Of a stretch of DNA of 64,000 bases, positions 12,030-23,107 are shown in pieces. The notes beneath the pieces were generated by a model that saw only the letters and a list, made by a program, of their open reading frames with translations, was not told the DNA's origin and did not search any database. The translations under genes and the position numbers were made by a program. Origin of the DNA: Octopus vulgaris (Eukaryota); contig OX597816.1 of assembly GCA_951406725.2 (NCBI GenBank), positions 135,532,001 through 135,596,000 on the forward strand, read 5' to 3'. Position 1 is the first letter of the stretch. Each line of letters begins with the position of its first letter.

Positions 12030-12360
12030 ATTAAAGTAAAGACCGCCTTTGGTCATGAATGACCATGGCATTGGACCTAGAAAGTTACCCTCCATGGCAC
12101 AAATCCAGACAAAGTTGTTTATAGAAAACCAGCAGTTACCTCCCCTCTCCACACCACTGATGCTACCCAAGGGAAAGGCAAAGGCTGATACAGCTTGGAG
12201 CCAGTGATGCCACAACTCATTTCTACAGTTGAGTGAACTGGAGCAACATGAAATAAAGTGTTTTACTCAAGAACACAATACTCAGTCCAGTTCAGGAATT
12301 GAACTCAGTACCTCATGATTATGAGCTTGATGCCCTAACCACTGAGCCATGCACCTCATT
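12030..12360 (-). mobile_element. tRNA-derived SINE
   Basis: Minus-strand A box tggctcagtggtt and B box gagttcaattcc. Homologous copies at 22180-22510 (+) and 24000-24325 (-). Confidence 0.75.
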
Positions 12361-13283
12361 TTTGGTTCAGTCTTACTGTGTGGCACTTTGGATAAGTGTC
12401 TTGTACAATAGCTCTGGAGTGGCTAAAGCCTAGCAAGTGGATTTGGTGGATAGTAACTGAAAGAAGCTTGTCGTGTATGTGTGTGTGTGTATGTATGTGT
12501 GTACATGCATGTGTGTTTGTTTGTGTGTGTGTGTGCATGCATATGCATACATGTGTGCATCCACACGTTACAAGTGTGTGTGAGTTGGTGTCGTGTTTTG
12601 ACATCAGGGAATTGTTGTAAAACATATGTTACTGTCATATGTTACAGTCTGCCTTGATTTAACATGTTAACCATGGAGAAATAATACCTTACTTGAAAAT
12701 AGGTGAGGGTTGATAACAAGAAGGGTATCCAGTCATAGAAAATTTGACTCAACAAATTCCATCTGATTCAAGCAAGCATAGAAAAGTGAACACTAAAACA
12801 ATAATGATGATGATGATGATTCTTCCTCTGGAAAATTCAACGAGTGCTGAGATCTGCTTTGTGTGGCATTAAGCATATCAATAGATATTTCCTTTGATAG
12901 AACATCACTATAACACAGGAAATATTACCAGATGATCTAGTGCCTATTCCCAATTAAACAAACTGAGACATGTAGAATTAACTGCCTTGCACAAATATAT
13001 ATTTAAAATATGCCTGTAATAGAATTGAACTTAAAATATATAACTTGGGAGCCCACTATAATACAATTGGCCTTTTTCCTTCTAACAAGGAACATTGCCC
13101 TAATAAAGCTATTCTCTGACATTTAATTTAATTTTTGGTTTTCTCAATAAACTAAATCAGAAATTACATCAAGGAATAATATATCTACAACTATAGCAAG
13201 TACCTTAAAATAGGAAAGCAATCAACAAGCCAAGTCTATGACCTAGTTTTCATCTCAAGCTGAAGTCATCTAAGTTAACTTAC

Positions 13284-13305
13284 AACGTTCCACCTCCAAA
13301 ATTTT
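13284..13305 (-). other. candidate 22-nt microexon
   Basis: tattttttcttag|AAAATTTTGGAGGTGGAACGTT|gtaagt; consensus donor, CpG retained. Confidence 0.5.
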
Positions 13306-13524
13306 CTAAGAAAAAATATAAATATTGCTAAAACCTTTCCATTAATAGATGTTAACAAAAAACAGTTATGAAGCAAATATGAAATATATTATCTGATTAT
13401 TATTATTGCCGACCGGTATTTGTGCTAACACTTAACTATAGTGATACTGTCTATAAACGTGATTCTCCTTAGATCAACTAATACAACTCCAAGCTAAAAC
13501 ATTTAATTTTATTTTCAGCTGTAC

Positions 13525-13537
13525 CTGTTTACTTCGT
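13525..13537 (-). other. candidate 13-nt microexon
   Basis: aatttggtttgcag|ACGAAGTAAACAG|gtacag; CpG retained. Confidence 0.4.
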
Positions 13538-13868
13538 CTGCAAACCAAATTTAAATTGTTTCTCATAAGTAGTTTGGTTGTTTTTTGTTGTTTTTTTTCT
13601 CATTATGATAGAAAGGAATGGCAAAACTTACACATAAGCAAACAAATACACATGTGCACGTGCATACAAACACTCACAGAGAGGGAGAGTGAGAGAGAGA
13701 GAGGAGGGAGAGAGAGAGAAAGGCAAACAGGCAAATAGAAAAGTACATTCAAATACAAACACAGACGTATACACATGTGTGTGTGCATAAATGTATGTGC
13801 ATGTGTGTGTGTATATATATATATCAGTGTGTGTATATGTTTGTATACATACATACACACATACATAC

Positions 13869-13916
<48 letters not shown>

Positions 13917-13992
13917 CATATATATATGTGTATATATATATATATATTTTTGAAGCTAATGATTCATTCTTTCACTATTCCAAATTCTTCAC

Positions 13993-14017
13993 CTTCATGC
14001 GTTCATCTTCTTGTTGC
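13993..14017 (-). other. candidate 25-nt microexon
   Basis: ttgtgcattcattcag|GCAACAAGAAGATGAACGCATGAAG|gtgaag; purine-rich (ESE-like), CpG retained. The only open frame is QQEDERMK. Confidence 0.45.
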
Positions 14018-14739
14018 CTGAATGAATGCACAATAGTGAAAAACTCATAGTGGTGACAGTGAATCACACACACACACACACACACACAATTTTTTATCTT
14101 TTACTTGATTCAGTCATTGGACTATGGTTATATGCTGGACCACCACTTTCAAGAGTTAGGTTAAGCAAATGAACTCTAGCACTTACTATTTTTGCCTGGT
14201 ACTTGTTCTATTACTCTCTCTTGCCAAACTGATAAGTTACAGGGATGTAAACAACCCAACACTGGTTCTCAAGCAATGGAGGTGGGAACAAACAAAATGG
14301 CAGACATACATTAACATGCAGATACATACACACTCATGGCTGCATGGTAAGAAGCTTGCTTCCCAACCACATGGCTCTGGGTCCCACAATGTGGCAACTG
14401 GGGGGAGTATCGTCTACTATAGCCTCAGGCTAACCAAAGCTGTGAGAGTGGATTTGGTAGACAGAAACTGAAAGAAGCCCATCATGTGTGTGTGTGTGTG
14501 TGTGTGTGTTGTGTGTATGTTTGTCTATGTTTGTCCCCCACTACCACTTGACAACCAGTGTTGGTGCATTTACACCCCATCACTTAGCGGTTCGGCAAGA
14601 GTGACCAAAAGATTAAGTACCAGGCTTAACAAAAAATAAGTACTGGAGTTGATAAATTCGACTAAAAATTCTTCAAGGTGGTGCCCCAGCATGGCCACCA
14701 CAGCCTAATGACTGAAACAAGTAAAAGGTAAACAATAAA

Positions 14740-15001
<262 letters not shown>

Positions 15002-15124
15002 TGCTTGTTTCTATCAGTTTCAGCATTTGAGTGTTTGAAGGAGAGGGCTTAAAGTTAAAAAGAGTAATAGAAAGAAAAAGGACGAAAAAAAAACACTAAG
15101 AAACTGCATCTATTTTCAATGGAT

Positions 15125-15770
15125 GCATGAATGTAAGTTCAGTCCAGGTATGGGTTTTGCCATGAAGTCACAATGGGGACATTGATGATTTTGATGTTGC
15201 CTGGGATTGTGTGTTTGTTGGTTGCAACATATAGTTCTTCTATTGTTCTTTTTCTTCAACTCAAATTGTTTGGATGCATTGTCACACAATTTATGCCATG
15301 CAGATTGATCTAGGCAATGACTTTTTCAAGATGTCAGATTAAGCTGTATAGATTTTAGTGTTTGCCTCAGCTTATTCTTATATCTAAGGAGAGTTCTGCC
15401 TTTACCACGATATCCTCCACTTGTTGGTCATATAGCAGAAATTTCAGAATGTCAGTCATTTTTCATTTGAACAACATTCTACCCATCTGCACTGGATTCT
15501 CATCAACATGCTTTGGATACTGGAGATGTCAGATTCTTCTAAGATTTTGATATTGGATGTCTTATCTTGCCATGTTATGTTGCATATGTTGTGCAAACAG
15601 CACATGTGCAAGGTTTTGAGTTTCTTGATATGTCTGTTACAGAAAGTACATACTTCTGCCCCATACAAGAGTGTGCTCAAAATACAAGATTTATATACAA
15701 TTATTTTAGTTTCCAGACTGATATCATGTTCATCCCACAAATGATGGGCAAGTCTTCCAAAAGCACTTGT
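15125..15770 (-). mobile_element. RTE (BovB-like) LINE 3' fragment
   Basis: 'WDEHDISLETKIIVYKSCILSTLLYGAEV...LHMCCLHNICNITWQDKTSNIKILE...IQSMLMRIQCRW'. Confidence 0.8.
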
Positions 15771-16903
15771 AGCTCCACACAGTTTCCCTCTACAAAGTTC
15801 CCTTACAATGCATTGGTTGGCCAGGAGGCTATAGTAGAAAAAAATTTAGCCAAGGTGTTGCACAGTTGAACAAACCTGAAACCATGTAGCTGCAAAGCAA
15901 GCTTCTTGATTACACAGCCATACCTAAACCTAACAAGCTGTGCCTGCGTGTTCCTTTTTCCATTCTTGCCAGGGTCCAAAAGAATTAATTTAGATTTTCA
16001 TTAACCAGAAGCCCTTCCTATCATAAACCCTCATCTGTTTCTAAGCATGGTAATATTTACCCACAGGAAAACATGTTTTCATGGAAGATAAGAAAGTAAT
16101 GATATTGCTTGCTAGATGATGGCACACATTTACAACTAATGTCAACATAAGGAGAAACACATACACACACCTACATGTATATATTTATACACATACACTC
16201 ACATACACACACACATTCACACAAACTTGCACACACTCAGCATGAACGATATATATATACAGAGGGTGAGAGAGTGTGGTAAATATATATATAGGGTGGG
16301 AGAAGTTTACAATGAGAAAAACGTAATTGAAAGAGATATATAAATAGAGAGAGAGAGAGAAATATTTTCTGTTGTTGTCAAAGATTTTAAAATTTTAAAA
16401 TGAAGTGAAAATGTTCAAATTTCATATATCGATGTATTTTTTCATGCTGAATCCAATTTTGTGATTCATTTATTCCAGAAAGCTTTTAGAAAAATGTTAC
16501 TAAGGTTTAAAGTGTGATAATTTTTATCCAATCAGAAAACAGGATCTGGAAGCTAGTATTTTCTGCATGATAGCTGTCTATTGTATAATGAAAGTAAACA
16601 TTACGACAAAGTTTTAAACAAAATGAAAGCAATTACATGCCATGTTAAGAGAGAGAATGGGGAGCAGCATGCAAGAGAGATCTACATATTTCAGACAGAT
16701 AGTGATAAAAAGTGTGGTAAATATATAGAGAGGGGAAAGGCATAAAAGAAAGAGAGCTTTATGGAGACAAAGAGTGGTAGATTTGTTGATCTAAATGATG
16801 AGTTATTTCTCATAGCAAATTACAACTTTGATTAATCATAATAGACAACTTGTCATTGGGATGCAGATTTTGAAAATCAAATCCGTTTTTCTCGAGGACT
16901 CAC

Positions 16904-16918
16904 TACTTTGGAGCTTTT
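16904..16918 (-). other. candidate 15-nt microexon
   Basis: atatgccacag|AAAAGCTCCAAAGTA|gtgagt; frame-preserving length, but weak pyrimidine tract and within repeat-rich sequence. Confidence 0.3.
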
Positions 16919-17422
16919 CTGTGGCATATTCACCAACATACACATATATACACTCATTTTTATAGTAGATATATTCAATATATGCATACACACTCACACA
17001 CACGTGTGCATGCACATGCAGCACACACACACACACACACACAACCACATATAGCCATTTATGTATCGAGAAAGAAGTGATTTTTCCCATAGACCATAAA
17101 TAAAGTAGTAACAACAGGGTGAAAAGCCCTGAAGAAGTCACAAGAGCATCTCAGTGGGTGCAACAATTGAATGTAAAGTGGCCCTGTAAAGGGCCGTGTT
17201 ATCATTCTCACAATAGCCCTGAAAAGGATTATTAACTGTTCACAGGTATAAACATCCTTTTTTGTTCACATGAAAAGCAGTGGGTGCAGTGATGTGAAAA
17301 CTGAAGCCATCTGCAAGCAGATTGAGAAGCTGTAACAGACAAAAAAAAAAGACTTAAGAAAAACAGGCAATTTTGAAAGAATGGCAACAATTTGGCAGGG
17401 AAGCTGCGGTATGTTGGATGGC

Positions 17423-17810
17423 CTATAGCACCTCACAGGTGACATTTTTCGATTTGGCTTTAAGGGCAAACACAAAAAAGATTTTTGTGCATCTGACTCT
17501 TGAGTATCCGACGTATAATTGGCCACACGAGAAGCATGGTTGGCCTAAATGGAGGCCTAACATTGTTAGTGTTTGACCTTGGGACTTGTTGATGGACATG
17601 GCAAAGCAAGGTTGAAGGGGGAACTGAAGTCGACGTGCGGGACAGAAGTATCCTGGGTATAAAGATGTTGTCTGATGCTGCAACCCGTAAGAAATGTTGC
17701 TTCAATAACATGAGGCAGCACATTTTTTACCACTAACCACATTCCATTGCACAGATGTGGTGGCTCAAGGTTCTTCAGGAGCATGACCGGAGATCCAATT
17801 CAGTCAAAAA
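17423..17810 (-). mobile_element. Helitron Pif1-like helicase C-terminal fragment (frameshifted)
   Basis: 'LLKNLEPPHLCNG..LVVK', 'IFIPRI', 'RRLQFPLQPCFAMSINKSQGQTL..LGLHL..PCFSCGQLYVGYSRV'. Confidence 0.9.
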
Positions 17811-18569
17811 TGAGGAATTTAAGGGCAAAAAACTGGTTTTCTATTCAGTTTTTCACAAATGTTGGTCATATGTGGATGAATTCTGTGCGAATTGGAGTCC
17901 CCTAACATTATCCTTAAGATGAGTAAATAGTGTGTAAAGTTTGAACACAATCCACCAAAGCAGTGAGAAGTTTTTGAAGATTTAAAGGGGAAAAAGTGTA
18001 TAAAATCAATCTTTTCACAGTTTTTTGTGGTTTTTTGTCACACAGGGTTGCCTTTGGACATAGAACAGATACTTAATAGAATCACCATTACATGGTGGTT
18101 TTTTAGCTGTAAAAACCAAGAAAATTGGACTTTCCAGTAAAACTTTTTCTACCATGTAACCTTTCAAAAATGCAAAAAATCAATTTTTTCTAAAGTTTTC
18201 CGCAATTTTCTTGGGAATCAGAGGCCCCAAGGCAGTGCCAAAATATTTGTCTGAAATGTCGCAACATGATAGTCCTTTTAACACCAAGATTATAAAAAAT
18301 TGGATGTTCCTGTAAAAATTTTTCTCGTGTGCAACTTTGCCTTTTTTTGCAAAATGTGTGTGTGTGTGAGGTCCTTTCAGTTTAATCGCTTTTTCTTCTA
18401 GAAGCGAGTATCTCTAGGCATCGGTAATGTGGTAGTGACCTGCCTGGGTAAATTTGCCATTTAATAAAAAAATTTCATCAAAATTGAATGAAAAATGTGG
18501 AAATGCATAAAAAGCATATACACACACACACGCATTTTGACTTTTATATATATATATATATATATATAT

Positions 18570-19060
18570 CATCATCATCATCATCGTCGTCGGTTAACGT
18601 CCGTTCTTCATGCTAGCATAGGTTGGACTGTTCGACCTGGGAAGCCAGAAGGCTGCACCAGGCTCCAGTCTGATCTGGTAGTGTTTCTACAGCTGGATGC
18701 TCTTCCTAACGCCAACCACTCCATGAGTGTAGTGGGTGCTTTTTACGTGCCACCAGCACAGGTGCCAGGCGAGGCTGGCAATGGCCATGATCGGATTGGT
18801 GCTTTTTACGTGCCACCGGTACAGAAGCCAGTCAAGGCGGCGCTGGCATTGGCCACGTTCGGATGATGCTTTTTACGTGCCACCAGCCCAAGGATTACAA
18901 CTACAGTTTCCATTGATTTTTGATGTTGGTGTACTTGACTCTATAGATCTCCTCAAGCATAGGGTCAAAACGATGTTTCTTTACTTGCCACCTGCACAGG
19001 AGTCAGTCCAGTGGCACTAGCAAATGTCGGGTGCCAGTCATAGGATTGGTTCAATTTCGA
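18570..19060 (-). mobile_element. RTE 3' UTR copy
   Basis: Reverse complement of ~245-717 including the (CAT)n tail. Further copies at 24340-24620, 32617-33080 and 49440-49670. Confidence 0.85.
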
Positions 19061-19278
19061 TATTAGACAGAATGAGATAACAAAGCCAAGACTGTGAGGA
19101 GTTTTTGGGATATTTATAATGAAATAGTTTTACAGCTGCTTCTGGGATCTTATGGATATCCCTTCATTAGAGATGGTGTGATGAAGGGATATCCCAGAAA
19201 CAGCTGTAAGACTATTTCACTATAAATGTCCTGAAAACTCCTCACAGCCTTGGCTTTGTTATCTCATTCTGTCTAATA
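19061..19278. repeat. palindromic Penelope-like LTR remnant with hammerhead-like cores on both arms
   Basis: ~100-bp inverted arms. Plus arm: gTGATGA-agggatatccca-GAAAC-AGCT-GTA-aga. Minus arm: tct-CTAATGA-agggat..atccca-GAAGC-AGCT-GTA. Confidence 0.65.
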
Positions 19279-19478
19279 TATATGCATGCTAATACAGGAC
19301 CCACATCAGACTCCTCAATTGTATCATTATCAACCCAAGAGTTTAACTACAGTCTGTCCATAGCACTTACTTAGTGTTACCCAACACTCTTTGGGTCTTC
19401 TAGATACCAATACCTCTTACATATATATATATATATAGATACATGTATGTGTGTGTGTGTGTATGTATGCAATGTTTT

Positions 19479-19667
19479 CCACTATTTCAACACAGCTGTT
19501 CTGTATGAACCAACGCTACTACCATTTTTTAACCCCAAGAGGACCTGATATATATTGCAATATACATCAGATGCAGATTGCATCAATAACCAGCTAGAGG
19601 AAGCGTCCTATTGGGGTTAAAAAATGATAGTAACGTCAATTCGTACAGAACAGCCATGTTGAAGTGG
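19479..19667. repeat. inverted repeat (~65-bp arms)
   Basis: 'ttcaacacagctgttctgtatgaa..ccattttttaaccccaagaggac' pairs with 'gtcctattggggttaaaaaatga..ttcgtacagaacagccatgttgaa'. Confidence 0.7.
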
Positions 19668-19749
19668 TCACATACATTACTTCTCAGTATAGTTACTACT
19701 TTCATCTCTGATAGAGATTTTCTTATTATATGTGTGTGTGTGTGTGTGT

Positions 19750-20190
19750 GATCTGATCAATAAGTATCCGGACTATTGCCATAGTAACGAAGCTAAAGCA
19801 CAAGGAGTGAAGCTCCTTGGCACAGATTGACCTTGAACTCTGCTGTGTATGCGCACTAAGTTTTAACATTCTAGCTCACACCTGCTGTTTACAGCAGTGC
19901 CTGGAAGGAAGTGATTGTTGCATTGTCCATGACAGAGAAAGTTGAGCAGAGGATCTGCATCAAATTTGGCCAAAAGCTTGGGGATACCTGCTCAGAGGCC
20001 TACGCAAAGTTTTCATCATTCTTGACACAATCAAGGAGATCTTGTGCAACTGAAACCCGAGTGTCTTTTTGGCCAGCTGAAAGCAGTGTTGGCACAAACT
20101 TGGCAGACATGCATCTCATATTCAAATCTTCAGTGATAATGGACTGAACTGAACCATAACTAATCTGTACATCCTCTAACTCACAGAAAG
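19750..20190. mobile_element. rearranged mariner fragments
   Basis: Plus: 'EQRICIKFGQKLGDTCSEAY'. Minus: 'ISYGSVQSIITEDLNMRCMSAKFVPTLLSAGQKDTRV'. Confidence 0.8.
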
Positions 20191-21099
20191 GAATGGGTAA
20201 AAAAAAAGTTCTATATATATACATGCATGTGTATGTATGTATGTATGTACACGCAAATGCACATGTAACTGACTTTATAGCTATAATCATTAAGATACAC
20301 TTCAAAAGAGTTAAATACAAGGGAAACAATGTTTGTTGGATTATGTAGTAAAGTTTGTGAAGTGACTGTAACTTGAGTCACCTCATTCTCCTTCTTTTCA
20401 CCTCTTTCTGTTTCTTTTGCTCTCTCTCTATCTCTCTTTCTCTCTCTATCTGTCTGTTAAATCTAACTATCTACCTACTTATCTGTTTGAAGGGTCTCTT
20501 AATCAATGTAAATATAAGGTCAATTTTATTTCATAAAAAGATTTTTTAGTAAACTTCTAAGACCTTCTGTGTGTGTGTGTGTGTGTGTGTAGATAATAGA
20601 TATATACGTGTGTGTAAAGGTTAAGCAGGATTACTGAGTAACTAAAGATGCAGGACATCCCTAATAAGTGAAGTGTCTCAAAAAGTTACAGACTGAAAAT
20701 AAGAATACACACAAACACTTCTGACATTATAATATTGGAGATATATAATCTATATATATCTATATATAGGTGAGGCTGTATAGTAAGAAGTTTGCTTCTG
20801 AAGCACATGGTTCTGATTTCAGTCCCACCATATGGAACTTTGGGCAAGTTCTTCTATTATAGCCCTTGACTGACTAAAGCCTTGTGAGTGGACTTGGTAG
20901 GTGGAAACTGAAAGCATATTGTGTGTGTGTGTGTATGCATGAGTGTGTAAGTGTTTGTGTCTAATTGTCTTGACACTGTGTAATAGTTGTAAATCAGTGT
21001 CTCTGTCGTACAAGCAGTATCATTAACTTCACCTTGTTTATAAACCAGCAAAATACAACCATTCTTAACAGAACTAATGGTGTTACAGGAGATTCTGAT

Positions 21100-21480
21100 C
21101 CAAAATATAATTGTAAAGATCAAGTAGCTGCCTTTAGATGGAAGTTGCTTAATTAAAGGCATTGTATACAGGGATAAGATTCAGTTGGATAATAACAATC
21201 TGTACAAAACATACACAGGTTCCACAGAAAATAGCTTCAAAATGAAGCCATATTCACATAGAAATTTCTTCAAGTACCTGGAAAACAGGTCAGCAATGAG
21301 CCTGGCCAAACGTGTATGGCAGTTAAAAGGAGCAAGATCTTTCCCATTTAAAATTTATTAGTCCATATTGGAAAAGGCAACCCCATACAATCACAGGTTA
21401 CACAGAAACACAGTGAGATGTCTATTATACCTGTGCAAGATTTTTATCCTTTTGCAGGATAAACATGCAGAGCTCCTGGG
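21100..21480 (+). mobile_element. Penelope-like element GIY-YIG endonuclease fragment
   Basis: Frameshifted 'PLDGSCLIKGIVY...YTGSTENSFK...HRNFFKYLENRSAMSLAKRVWQLK...SILEKATPY'. The AT-rich sequence out to ~23300 is probably its LTR region. Confidence 0.75.
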
Positions 21481-22837
21481 TTTTTGTAAACCTGCTTCTG
21501 GGTACCTTATGTGCTACGTAATGATTCTAAATGGATTGCCTATTTGGACTTTACAATATATCTCCATTTTTATCACACACTTCCCTGCCTTTTTTTTTTA
21601 AATCCCTCTTTGAATGTTGTAAATGATTCTTTTTATGTCACACTGCATTTTATCCATGGTTTTTTTCCAATCATTTTACATATGTATATTTTAAGTTCAA
21701 GACTAGAAAAAAAATTTTATTGTCATTATTTAAATATAATTGTTTATTACTGAAGGTATTGCAAGTTCTATTAATTTTTTTCTATATTTTTGTGTTTTGT
21801 ATGCTATTGCTAGAAATTTAGGTCTTTATAAAATCATATTTTTCATAAAACTAGTATACTAAACCTGTGAACCTTTCAACAGCCACCAATCTCACAGAAA
21901 TTTCATCTTTAATATTTACTATATTTTTACTATTTATAATTTTTAACTTGTCCTAAATTACTCTTGTTTATCTCTATATAAAACTTGCTTTTCTCTCTTT
22001 GTTAGTTTCTTGTTTGCATGTTTGGCATACTTACCTATTTATATGAATTATATAAACATTTTGTGGGCATGTATATATACTTCATGTGTACATATTAAAA
22101 TTTTTATGTATATTTGTATGTTGCTTTGCATGTATTTATATATTCCATATATTTGGGAATGTGTGTGTGTATAGATGTTGAAGGCACATGGATCAGTGGT
22201 TAGAGTGTTGGGCTCACAATCATGAGTTAGTGAGTTTGATTCCTGGACCAGGCTGTGTGTTGTGTTCTTGAGCAAAACACTTTATTTCATGATTCTCAAG
22301 TTACTCTGCTGTAGAAAAGAGTTACAACATCACTAGTTCCAAGCTGTCTCAGCCTTTGCCTTTTCCTTGGATAACACCAGTGGCATGGAGAGAGGTGGCT
22401 GGTATGCATGGGCAGCTACTGGTCTTCTATAAACAACCTTGCTCAGACTTACGCCTTGGAGGGGAACTTTTTAGGTGCAATCCCATGGCCATACATGACC
22501 AAAGGGGGCTTTATATAGATGTATGTTTGTATATATGTTTCCATATATGTATGTATACTTTATGTGTATTAATAAGTATGTATAAATACATATTTGTGTG
22601 AGCATTTAGATGCAGATATATTTTTATGTATATATATATATTTTCTTATATACGTGTATTTTTTCACTTACATTTTCTTCTGTGTATGTGTGTTTGTACA
22701 TTATTCTCTTAAGCTTTTTCTATTATTATTAATCTTACTCTTTCTGTCTTTTGCCTATCTGTTCATATCAACTTTCAGGCCACCACCATCATTTCAGTGA
22801 TCTTTGATATATAATATTCGCTACATCAGATTTTATC

Positions 22838-22998
22838 GTTCTATATTTAAGAGATGAGGAATTATGTACATTTGACGGATATTTGTCCACATCTTGTTTG
22901 TTGTTAACACAACATTTCAGCTGATATACCCTCCAGTCTTCATCAGATGTCTTGGGGAAATTTCGAACCTGGGTTCTCATTCCTAAGGTACTTTTCGA

Positions 22999-23036
<38 letters not shown>

Positions 23037-23107
23037 TTGCTGCCTGGAATCGAACTTGGAATCTTGGGATTAGTAGCCCGTGCTCTTAACCACTACGCCA
23101 TATGCCC
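22838..23107 (-). mobile_element. monomeric tRNA-head/(TAA)n/hammerhead element
   Basis: Minus: tggcgtagtggttaag (A box)...aagttcgattcc (B box)...(aat)n...gacat-CTGATGA-agactggagggtatatcagct-GAAA-TGTT-gtgtt. Hammerhead motif at 22906-22951. Confidence 0.75.

Noticed and set aside
22779-22800. plus-strand terminal exon RPPPSFQ*
   Set aside because: The pyrimidine tract belongs to the T-rich Penelope tail region and no partner exons were found.
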